From assembly GCA_964467935.1 (NCBI GenBank), contig CAYYKK010000064.1:1-28367 (forward strand): a stretch of 28,367 nt of DNA, read 5' to 3'. The translations under genes and the position numbers were made by a program. The stretch comes from an uncultured Polyangiaceae bacterium. GTDB taxonomy: Bacteria; Myxococcota_A; Polyangia; Polyangiales; Polyangiaceae. The notes beneath the pieces are model-generated. The model saw nothing but the letters and a program-made list of their open reading frames with translations, searched no databases and had not been told where the DNA came from. How positions within the stretch are numbered: the stretch's first letter is position 1; each line of letters starts with the position of its first letter. Positions 10,401-16,228 of the stretch are shown here, one piece after another.

Positions 10401-10615
10401 CAGTTGTTCTCGGTCCGCACGCGCTCGGTCGCGAGGAGCGCGAGCTGCGAGGCGCCGAACACCTCGGTGCGGCGCGTGTTCAGCCACTCGGCTTTCTTGC
10501 CGAGCGCGGCCGCCTGCTCGATGAGGCGGCCGCGAATGACGTCGTAGCTGCCGCCTTCGAGCGCCTCGGCGCCCTCGGCGGGCGCCTCGCCGGCTGTCTT
10601 GTCGCCCTCGGCCAT
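4466..10615 (-). CDS. Giant multidomain protein (2049 aa): N-terminal beta-rich region, long helical regions, one MoxR/AAA_5-type AAA+ ATPase module, a Q/A-rich coiled-coil-like tract, and a C-terminal PilZ-like domain of the myxobacterial TIGR02266 type
   Basis: Walker A LLLISPPGYGKTTLMEY (revcomp of about 6670..6705). Walker B MLYLDDIQH (about 6470..6500). Sensor-1-like VVMAGNPYTESGDKFKIPDMLANRAD. Q/A repeats AQQAGLQQAQQVAQQAQQVAQHAQQMA. The C-terminus NFYRWRKNGDVVREGGVFVASYRPAPNLGSTVALRMSLPGGVELETLGVVEWSRP...GFGARFADLSPDAQQLVRQFV matches the GG-FV...LP-G....G-VVW...G-G-rF..L pattern of TIGR02266/PilZ-like domains. The ATG at 10615 lies 12 nt after the flotillin stop. Every long ORF antisense to it is a GC-frame artefact. 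Confidence 0.85.
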   Translation of the reverse strand: MAEGDKTAGEAPAEGAEALEGGSYDVIRGRLIEQAAALGKKAEWLNTRRTEVFGASQLALLATERVRTENNCVPRDIRQVQGKLLFGFNVFIGLKTETLVSDVFAVHELRQTDTTFELPQLPIEPGHYLADPAFVKEFSDLYRYTREAKLLQIQRSDTRLLAVFQIGASPSDRKIFRWGIDKAGNIVFIDSRGEEDFAPPKQHDFVWTPCTRDDQVPGENPHFSILDEVFVETVGGDLTVKIENNTKDGRGIYREPVEDANQSLDDSDIAYVKLGALILLKIKPYRENAYRYLVFNTRTQGVVRIDSIESACVSLPEDQGIIFPGGYYLRTGEYKVFDGDSRGLTFRRAIKSPNGEDILYVFERVEDGFYLLLPYNLIRKEVQNPLLCQGYSVFDDGKMIVFRTLTDEASKVHPMQIWQTPFCTQEFAAAAPTDGSYLAKLGNAELVRGISEMLTLQRVALSETPTRQSYEDVIATARRIMDAHHWVAHEEAGNVAEAISALKKTAESIIDEFEKVAAIRKRATEALAAAEDSQDKLFLGLRPDDMRSVEEFMGALSDLRKQRGQLITLKEMRYMDLAKVDGLEKRVVEEFELVSKSCVAFLLTPTALAPLVKRLGDVVDKVGVAKKATELKPHREDVDRVGEGLTVLSDVINGLNIEDPTQRTRILEGISEAFSQLNRARATLAARKKELSSAEGKGEFVAQFKLFGQSVTSALALCDTPEKCDAELSRLLLGLEELEGKFSEFDEFIGELTQKREEVTEAIAAKRQQLLDERQKRAQNILGAAERIIAGVVRKSRTLSSADELNTYFASDAMILKLRDLTQQLFAIGATVKGDEVEAKLKSARQDALRALRDKTELFDGGADVIKLGKHRFNVNTQPVELALVPRRDEGAGLDVQYTHITGTDFYERIEDPLLEASRDLWDQSLPSESADVYRGEYLAASVFFAAEKGEGGLSLASLTEAGTRPNGILEVVRAYAQDRHEEGYERGVHDVDAAIILEKLVAMKKASGLLRYGGDARALACLTWASLGEVERGLLSRRARSFGRLKERLASSRAQDDLAREVERDLRVAAELHRFEIVVAGERVPVDDATVRVSARYLVEELSAERPRFVTSASATTLRDALSSEIDRASARRDFDEDLRFLEKHPAERLGLVRAWLEALVARHADLTSHAQALLEACVLVATDRRIEREPSSAVVESVASGLLGQHPLIQNQSLTIRLDAFLGRLERTMVERVPRFRAFRKTKQELLERERRRLRLDEFTPRILSSFVRNRLIDEVYLPLVGDNLAKQMGAAGDSKRTDLMGLLLLISPPGYGKTTLMEYVANKLGLIFMKVNGPALGHDVRSLDPEEAPNATARQEVDKINLALEMGNNVMLYLDDIQHTHPELLQKFISLCDAQRRIEGVWKKRTRTYDLRGKKFCVVMAGNPYTESGDKFKIPDMLANRADTYNLGDILEGKDHLFALSYIENALTSNKALASLSGREPADIHKIIRMSEGEAIPVSELAYPYSAAEVNEMVEVLRRLSRVQKVLLQVNLEYIASASQDDAYRTEPPFKLQGSYRNMNKIAEKIVAAHTEAEVDSLIDDHYAGESQTLTTGAEQNLLKLASMRGRLSEEGARRWEEIKKGFVRVKMMGGKDDDPVARVTGALGTLGSQLDGIGKTLNQAVAQQRTPAEMVAKELDKLHAALAELASRELMVKVERDPAIAELLAQQLGTVESSLAPVVHALAQSLAQAGAHARLESEAQAAALSEAVSEATAQVRAVSQASAQIAGQQAAQAVALREAEQVARETQNAVIAAQQMARQVVATQQAGLQQAQQVAQQAQQVAQHAQQMARDAAMRPPTIPPGQIGLPGFGPAAAPPPPGHGQGALVQRPGASAEENEAIARAQQAIAQARSQGTGPEVGAAVQRVEQRLGELTSLVKGLQGRIGQAAAAVAGNHPRYDAAIDLESASNFYRWRKNGDVVREGGVFVASYRPAPNLGSTVALRMSLPGGVELETLGVVEWSRPAGDKGPPWTQPGFGARFADLSPDAQQLVRQFVLAREPILFEPA

Positions 10616-10627
10616 GACGGTGGAGCC

Positions 10628-12784
10628 TTACCGACCCGCCGACTTGAGCTGGTCGATCCCCATCTCCTTCGCGCGCGCGGCGAGGTCGGCGAGCTTCTTC
10701 CTCGCCGCGTCGTCGACGCTCGCGCCGCCCATGAGCCCCTGGATGACGCCCGAGAGGCTCGCGCCGTCGGCGCCGCCGAGGTGGTCGCCGAGCGCGGTGC
10801 GCAGCGTGTCGCTGTTCGCGAGCACGGTGTCGAACGACTGCCCGAGGCTCATCGCCTTCACGAACCGATCGAAGAACTGGCCGTCGCCGCCGACGATCTG
10901 GATCTTCGCCTCGCTGAAGGCCTCCGCGAGGATCTTCGACTGCTCCTGGGCGATGTCGCGCCTCGTCTTGAGCGTCTCCATCGCGACCTCGCGCTGGGCC
11001 TGCAGGCGGATGCGGAACTCCTCGTGCTCGCGGCTCGCCGGATCGAGCGCCTTCATCGCCGCGGCCTTCTCGGTGATGCCCGCGGCCTCCGCCATGAGCT
11101 TCTCGCGCGCGGCGTGCGCCTCGGCCATGCCGACCTTCTCGATCGCCTGCGCGTCGGCCTCGCGGACCTTCACCTTGGCGAGGCCCTTCTGCTCCTCGCC
11201 GTGCGCCTCGGCGAGCAGGCGCTCCTTCACGACGAGCGCCTCCGCGAGCCCCTTCTTCTCGATCGCGAGGGCCTCGGCCTCCGCGACGTGCACCTTGGCG
11301 AGGCCCTGCTTCTCCTCGCCCGTCGCGGTGGCCGTCAGCTTCTCGAGCGTCACGCGCGCCTCGACCATGCCCTGCTTCTCGATCGCGGCGGCGTCCGCCT
11401 CACGGACGCGGACCTGCGCGAGCCCCGCGGCCGCGTGCTCGGCCTGGACGCCCTCGGCGAGGCGGATCTTCGCGCGCGCGAGCTTGTCGGCGGCCTCGAG
11501 ATCCGCGTCGGCCGTGACGAGCTTCTCACGCGCGCGGAACTTCGCGCTCTCCTCGCTCGCCTCGGCGGCCTTCACCTGCTTCACGAGCGCCTCGGCGGCC
11601 TGCGCCTCGGCGTTGATCCGGACCGACTCCTTCAGGCGGTTCGCCTCGGCGACGACGCGCACGTCCTTGATGCGCTCCTCCTCCTCGGCGACGGTCTTGT
11701 CGACGACGATGCGCGCGCGCACCACGTCGGCGATCTCCTTCTTCTTGACCTCGATGTCCTTCTCTTTCGAGATGCGCTGCAGCTCGACCTCGCGCTCGCG
11801 CGAGAGCGCCTCGAGCTGCTGGGCCTTCTTCACGCGCTCGATCTCGACGGCGACCTCGCGCTCCTTGTTCTGGCGGGCGACGAGCACGGCGCGCTCCTTC
11901 GCCTCGTTGGCGACGAGCGACTCCTCCTCGTTCTTCGCGCGGAGGAGCAGCGTCTCCTTCTGCTCCTTCTCGGAGATGCGGGCGGCCTCGTTCTGCTCAC
12001 GCGCCTGGGCGACGGCGATCTCGCGCGCCTTCTTCGCCTCGGCCTCCGCGCGGCGCTGCTCGAACCGGAAAATCGCCTCGTCGGCGGTCAGGTTCTGGCT
12101 GCCCATCTCCATGCGCTCCTTCTGGCGGAGCTCGTTCGTCTTCACGTTCTGGATGACGGTGAGATCGGTGATCTTCCGAATGCCCTCGGAGTCCATGATG
12201 TTGTCTTTGTCGAGGGCCTCGACCGGCGTCTGCTCGAGGTAGTCGATCGCGCAGTCGTCGAGGTGGAAGCCGTTCAGATCGGTGCCGATCACCTTGATGA
12301 TCTCGTCCTTGAAGAGCTGCCGCTCCTTGTAGAGATCCTCGAAGTTCATCCCCTTGCCGACCGTCTTCAGCGCCTCGGAGAACTTCGCCGCGAAGAGCTC
12401 CTGGATGACGCGCTGATCGCTCGCGCGCGCGCAGCCGATCGCCTGCGCGACCTTGAGCACGCTGTCCGCCGTCTTGTTCACGCGCACGAAGAACGTGACC
12501 TCGATGTCCGCGCGGATGTTGTCCTTGCAGATGAGGCCGTCCTTGTTGCGGCGATCGATCGCGATCGTCTTGACGGAGATGTCCATCATCTCGGCGCGGT
12601 TGATGATCGGGTAGACGACCGCGCCCGTGAAGAACACCTGCGGCTCGTTCTTCATCGTGTTCACGATGAGGGCCGTGCCCTGATCGACCTGCCGGTAGAA
12701 CTTCGCGACGATGATGATGACCCCGAAGACGACGAGGGCGATGACGCCGACGACGATCAAGATCAAGACGAGCTGATCGGGCAT
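10628..12784 (-). CDS. Flotillin (SPFH/band-7 family, FloT/YqiK-like), 718 aa
   Basis: N-terminal TM anchor LVLILIVVGVIALVVFGVIIIVAKFY. The SPFH core runs QGTALIVNTMKNEPQVFFTGAVVYPIINRAEMMDISVKTIAIDRRNKDGLICKDNIRADIEVTFFVRV...DLYKERQLFKDEIIKVIG. The C-terminal half is E/A-rich with flotillin-type repeats (KQGLAKVHVAEAEALAIEKKGLAEA..EEQKGLAKVKVREADAQAIEKVGMAEA). I chose the ATG at 12784 because a perfect AAGGAG SD sits 9 nt upstream. The track's 12802 start is an upstream GTG. Confidence 0.9.
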   Translation of the reverse strand: MPDQLVLILIVVGVIALVVFGVIIIVAKFYRQVDQGTALIVNTMKNEPQVFFTGAVVYPIINRAEMMDISVKTIAIDRRNKDGLICKDNIRADIEVTFFVRVNKTADSVLKVAQAIGCARASDQRVIQELFAAKFSEALKTVGKGMNFEDLYKERQLFKDEIIKVIGTDLNGFHLDDCAIDYLEQTPVEALDKDNIMDSEGIRKITDLTVIQNVKTNELRQKERMEMGSQNLTADEAIFRFEQRRAEAEAKKAREIAVAQAREQNEAARISEKEQKETLLLRAKNEEESLVANEAKERAVLVARQNKEREVAVEIERVKKAQQLEALSREREVELQRISKEKDIEVKKKEIADVVRARIVVDKTVAEEEERIKDVRVVAEANRLKESVRINAEAQAAEALVKQVKAAEASEESAKFRAREKLVTADADLEAADKLARAKIRLAEGVQAEHAAAGLAQVRVREADAAAIEKQGMVEARVTLEKLTATATGEEKQGLAKVHVAEAEALAIEKKGLAEALVVKERLLAEAHGEEQKGLAKVKVREADAQAIEKVGMAEAHAAREKLMAEAAGITEKAAAMKALDPASREHEEFRIRLQAQREVAMETLKTRRDIAQEQSKILAEAFSEAKIQIVGGDGQFFDRFVKAMSLGQSFDTVLANSDTLRTALGDHLGGADGASLSGVIQGLMGGASVDDAARKKLADLAARAKEMGIDQLKSAGR

Positions 12785-12900
12785 GTGAGCGGGCTCCTTC
12801 ACGAAGGCGCGGGGAGACCGAGGCCCCCCGTGAGCGACGGGGAGAGTACATCAACTGAGACGGCCGAACAGCGCGACGGCGCGCTCGCGGTGGGCACGGC

Positions 12901-13791
12901 TCAGCGCGTCGTTTCTCGCTTGCGATCCGCGTCGACCGGCTCCGCCTCGACCTCCATCCTCGGGGCCGTCGTCGCGATGCGAGGCCGCGGGGTCGAGCCG
13001 GGAAGGTCGGGCATGCGCTCGATCGAGAAGCCCTCGGTCTCCGGATCGTAGTCGACGATCACGCACTGATCGCCCTTCTTGAGGCCCGCGCCCTCTTCGG
13101 CGCGCACCTGGAGCGTGAGACCGGCGCCGCCGTCGGCGAACGTGGCCTGCCCGAAGCGCGGCGTCACGGTGCCGGTCGACACGACCACGATCTTGCCGAG
13201 GAGGTCCTGGTGCTTCGACGCGCCCTTCTTCTCGAAGACACCGCCGAGCGGGCGGATCGCGAGCGAGGTGAGGAGCAGAGAGACCAGCGAGGCGCCGAGG
13301 AAGATCGGCAGACCGACGAGCCATCCGACGTTCCCGGTGGGCGTCAGCGTGCGAACCACGAGGCTGGAGCCGAGGAAGCCGAACGCGGCGAAGAGGGTGA
13401 GGACGACCGTGATGGGCGCGCGACGGAGGTGGAGCGCCGCGATGAAGCTCGCGAAGATCCCCTCGCCCGCAGCGTCCGTCGCGCCGTCGACGGCCCCGTC
13501 CGCGGCGCCCTTGGCGACGCCCTCGAGCGCTTGATCCGAACCGTGCAGGCCGCCGTGGAGCGCCGCGTCGGCCGCGCCGTCGAGCGCGCTGTCGGCGCCG
13601 CCGTGCAGCACGCCGTCCGCGGCGCCGTCGAGCGCGCCCTTCGCGACGCCCTCGATCGCGTGATCGCCGCCGCCGAGGAAATCGAGGTCGAGCGCGCCCA
13701 CGAGGACGAAGAGCCAATAGAGGACGGTCACGGCGAGCAGGACCGTGAACACGACCGTGGGGAAGCTGATGATGAGGTGGATGAGAGCCAT
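12901..13791 (-). CDS. NfeD/YqiJ-like membrane protein with a C-terminal OB-fold, the usual flotillin operon partner
   Basis: MALIHLIISFPTVVFTVLLAVTVLYWLFVLVGALDLDF is the TM start. An internal D/G/A/H-rich tandem repeat follows (ALDGAADGVLHGG / ALDGAADAALHGG; EGVAKGALDGA / EGVAKGAADGA). More TM helices, then a C-terminal OB-like segment KIVVVSTGTVTPRFGQATFADGGAGLTLQVRAEEGAGLKKGDQCVIVDYDPETEGFSIERM. An SD-like gagggg sits 7 nt upstream of the ATG. The gene lies directly upstream of flotillin on the same strand, as in E. coli yqiJ-yqiK and Bacillus nfeD-floT. Confidence 0.8.
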   Translation of the reverse strand: MALIHLIISFPTVVFTVLLAVTVLYWLFVLVGALDLDFLGGGDHAIEGVAKGALDGAADGVLHGGADSALDGAADAALHGGLHGSDQALEGVAKGAADGAVDGATDAAGEGIFASFIAALHLRRAPITVVLTLFAAFGFLGSSLVVRTLTPTGNVGWLVGLPIFLGASLVSLLLTSLAIRPLGGVFEKKGASKHQDLLGKIVVVSTGTVTPRFGQATFADGGAGLTLQVRAEEGAGLKKGDQCVIVDYDPETEGFSIERMPDLPGSTPRPRIATTAPRMEVEAEPVDADRKRETTR

Positions 13792-13851
13792 GGGCGCACC
13801 CCTCGCGCGCGTCGATCCGGAGGTTACGCCGGTCTCGCGCGGCGAGGCCGA

Positions 13852-14574
13852 CTATCCGTGTCGGGTCTGCGGCGAGGCGCGGCTCGGGATCGTCCGGTGT
13901 CCCTCGCCGTGCGACCAGAGCCACTTCGCGAGCTCCATGGCGCGGCTCCCGTCGGCGACGCCCCGCACCCAATCACACTCGCCCGGCGTGATCGACGTGA
14001 GCACGACCAGCCTCGACTCGCATCCGTCGACGGCCGCGAGCAGCGTCTGGGCGTCGCGGCCGAACGTCGTCGTCGGCGAGAGGGGCATTCCCGCGAGCGC
14101 ACCCACGCTGCCGTCCTCGAGCACCAAGTGCCGAAGGACGGGGTCCGGCGGGAGCAGCTGCGTCACCATGCCGAAGCGCTCGATGAGGTCGAGGAGTCGA
14201 AGCTCGTCGAGGACGTAGCAGGCGGCGCACCAGAGGAGCGCGGGCACGACCCAAGAGCGAGCGAGCTCGTCGGACGAGAGCGCGAGCGCTGCCTGTTCGA
14301 GCTCGATGCCGAGCTCGAACCCGAGCGGCGCCTTTCCCGGGCCGTGCATCGACGCATCGAACGGGTGCGAGAGCCCTTCGGTGACGAAGAGCACACCTCG
14401 CTCGCGCCGGACCAGACGTATTCGCCCCAGGGCCTGGCTGGGCCAAGGCACGAGGGTCTCGCCGATGCGCTGCGGTACGACGGCTCCCACGACCCGCTCC
14501 TCCAATTCGCCGAGGTCGCGCAGGCTCCGTTCGGACTCTTTCTCGAGGGCTTGGGTGATCGACTCCGTCGCCAC
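13852..14574 (-). CDS. SUFU (suppressor-of-fused) family domain protein; bacterial SUFU domains are known as polymorphic-toxin immunity domains. Start is uncertain
   Basis: ...FVTEGLSHPFDASMHGPGKAPLGFELGIELEQ...WVVPALLWCAACYVLDELRLL...RHLVLEDGSVGALAGMPLSPTTTFGRDAQTLLAAVDGCESRLVVLTSITPGECDWVRGVADGSRAMELAKWL is colinear with the SUFU core (fGLSdL...GpsGfGFELTfRL...L..lARYV...qHmLLtED...TPFG...L.IVGvCteEl.....W.G.G.LEL), recalled from memory. The frame is open up to 15279, but that upstream stretch is antisense to the neighbouring lipoprotein gene. I chose the GTG at 14574 (M/V-ATESITQALEKE...). An ATG at 14721 would overlap the lipoprotein ATG head-to-head. The gene ends 60 nt upstream of the NfeD start. 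Confidence 0.5.
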   Translation of the reverse strand: MATESITQALEKESERSLRDLGELEERVVGAVVPQRIGETLVPWPSQALGRIRLVRRERGVLFVTEGLSHPFDASMHGPGKAPLGFELGIELEQAALALSSDELARSWVVPALLWCAACYVLDELRLLDLIERFGMVTQLLPPDPVLRHLVLEDGSVGALAGMPLSPTTTFGRDAQTLLAAVDGCESRLVVLTSITPGECDWVRGVADGSRAMELAKWLWSHGEGHRTIPSRASPQTRHG

Positions 14575-14719
14575 GCTTTCGAGCGTATCGGGGCCCGGTG
14601 GAGCTGGGTAGGGCCGCCGAGCGAAGCCTCCGCGAAGGAATGGGTACCTCGCCCACCCTTGGACCTCTTCCGCGCTCGTGTTTCCATCTTCCTCATCCTT
14701 CCTGCCTACGAGGTGTCCC

Positions 14720-15448
14720 ATGAAGCTTGCGCTCCCTTCCCTCGCCGTCTCCGCCTGTCTCGTCGTCTCCCTGACCCCGTCGCTGCTCGGCTGTAGCGGA
14801 GGCGGCGGCGCCGGGGGGGCCGGTGGAGGGACGACCTCGGCCACGACGGGCACGGGCACGACGACGGGCACCGGCTCCACCTCGTCGAGCGCGACCACGA
14901 CGTCATCCTCGGGCTCCACCACCTCGAGCTCGTCCACTGGCGGTGGCATGGCGCAGGCCGAGTGCGCGACCGCGGCGGACTGCAAGCTCGTCGACGACTG
15001 CTGCAACTGCGAGGCGATCCCGAAGACCAAGATGGATCCGCAGTGCAGCCAGCAGTGCCTGCAGAGCGCGTGCATGGCGCTCGGCGTGACGCCCACCGTC
15101 GATTGCCAGGCAGGGCGCTGCATCGCCGCGTTCGACTGCGACGGCTCCAAGGTGACGTGCCTCACGCCGCAGCCCGTGTGTCCCGCCGGAGAGACGAACC
15201 TGGTCGACGGGCTCTGCTGGACGCAGCAATGCGTGCCGGTGACCCAATGCGCGTTCGTCGACGACTGCGCGGCGTGCACGGCGACGCAGGCCTGCGTCTT
15301 TTACGGTGGCGGCATCATGAAGCGACATTGCGTCGACGTGCCGCCCGAGTGCAATGGCACGCCCTCCTGCGCGTGCATGGGGCAGATGATCTGCGGCAAC
15401 ATCCCCTGCGGCGGCACGGGCAACCAGCTCGATTGCCAGATCCCGTAG
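14720..15448 (+). CDS. Secreted cysteine-rich lipoprotein with a G/T/S-rich linker
   Basis: MKLALPSLAVSACLVVSLTPSLLGC carries a signal peptide and a lipobox L-L-G-C. An AGGTG SD lies 4 nt upstream of the ATG. Next comes GGGGAGGAGGGTTSATTGTGTTTGTGSTSSSATTTSSSGSTTSSSSTGGG, then a roughly 150-aa domain with about 28 Cys (CKLVDDCCNCEAIP...CQAGRCIAAFDCDG...CAACTATQACVFYGG...CNGTPSCACMGQMICGNIPCGG). Confidence 0.7.
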   Translation: MKLALPSLAVSACLVVSLTPSLLGCSGGGGAGGAGGGTTSATTGTGTTTGTGSTSSSATTTSSSGSTTSSSSTGGGMAQAECATAADCKLVDDCCNCEAIPKTKMDPQCSQQCLQSACMALGVTPTVDCQAGRCIAAFDCDGSKVTCLTPQPVCPAGETNLVDGLCWTQQCVPVTQCAFVDDCAACTATQACVFYGGGIMKRHCVDVPPECNGTPSCACMGQMICGNIPCGGTGNQLDCQIP

Positions 15449-15487
15449 CGATCGCCCCCTTGCTGATGCGGTGGTGGGGGATCGGGC

Positions 15488-15528
15488 TTGACACTTCGTC
15501 AGGAAACGTTCATTGACACTTCGTCAGG
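15488..15528. promoter_or_regulatory. Tandem 16-bp direct repeat TTGACACTTCGTCAGG x2 (15488..15503 and 15513..15528), each holding a TGAC-N5-GTCA inverted motif. Candidate TetR operator or promoter element, 8 nt upstream of the tetR-family ATG
   Basis: Read directly: cTTGACACTTCGTCAGGaaacgttcaTTGACACTTCGTCAGGtttcccgATG. TTGACA is also a perfect -35 hexamer. Binding and function are inferred. Confidence 0.4.
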
Positions 15529-15535
15529 TTTCCCG

Positions 15536-16228
15536 ATGCCTCGCCCTCCGGACCCCGAGAAGAAGCTCGAGCTCGCTCGCCGCGCCGCCCTGGTGCTCGC
15601 GCGCGACGGGCTCGACGTCCCCATCGCGCGCCTCGCCGAGGAGCTCGGCATCAAGCGTCCGACGTTCCTCTACCACTTCCCGACGCGGGCCCACGTGGTC
15701 GAGACCGCGCTCGTCGCGCTGCTCACCGAGCAGGCGGCGTTCGTGCTCGCGCGCATCGAGGAGCATGAGCACCCGATCGACCGGCTCTACGCGCAGATCC
15801 GGGCGGTGCACGCGTTCCACCACGGCCGCGAGGCGCGCATCCTGCTCCTGAGCCAGGCCGTGGCGTCGAGCGGCGGACGCCTCGCCGAGATCATGGCCGC
15901 CGGAAACCAGGTATTCGAGGCCCACCGGCGCGCCGCGGCCGATCGCATTCGCGAGGGGATCCGCGCCGGCACCGTCGCGCCGTGCGACGCCGACGCGGTG
16001 GTGAGCCTCGTGCGCGCCGTGACCGACGGCCTGATGGTCCAGCGGGTGATGACGGGCGCCGATCTGGCTCCCATTCACGCGACCCTGTGGGAGCGGCTCC
16101 TCGCGCCATTGAAACGCGACGCGGAGTCGAGCCGTCCGCGTGCGCGTCGCGCCCTTCGCGGAGACGAGCGCGCGAAGAGCCCGAAGCCCCCGCGCCGCCC
16201 CTCCTCTCGAAAGGCCCCATCACGATGA
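15536..16228 (+). CDS. TetR-family transcriptional regulator
   Basis: N-terminal HTH LELARRAALVLARDGLDVPIARLAEELGIKRPTFLYHFPTRAHVV is the TetR_N signature (...s...iA...Gvs.g.lYhHF.sKe.L). The track's 15488 start is a TTG inside the repeat element, so I chose the ATG at 15536. The stop TGA overlaps the next ATG (ATGA at 16225..16228). Confidence 0.85.
   Translation: MPRPPDPEKKLELARRAALVLARDGLDVPIARLAEELGIKRPTFLYHFPTRAHVVETALVALLTEQAAFVLARIEEHEHPIDRLYAQIRAVHAFHHGREARILLLSQAVASSGGRLAEIMAAGNQVFEAHRRAAADRIREGIRAGTVAPCDADAVVSLVRAVTDGLMVQRVMTGADLAPIHATLWERLLAPLKRDAESSRPRARRALRGDERAKSPKPPRRPSSRKAPSR

Noticed and set aside
13210-14796. 528-aa plus-strand ORF and the 12851..13972 (-) ORF across the NfeD/SUFU region
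   Set aside because: Arg/Glu/Asp-rich nonsense translation antisense to the NfeD-like and SUFU-like genes, with no start context.
14574-15279. Upstream extension of the SUFU-like frame, reaching the 15279 Met and the 14721 ATG
   Set aside because: It runs antisense through the well-supported lipoprotein gene (signal peptide plus lipobox). A start at 14721 would overlap the lipoprotein ATG head-to-head and leave no promoter space. The stretch is G/R/P-rich.
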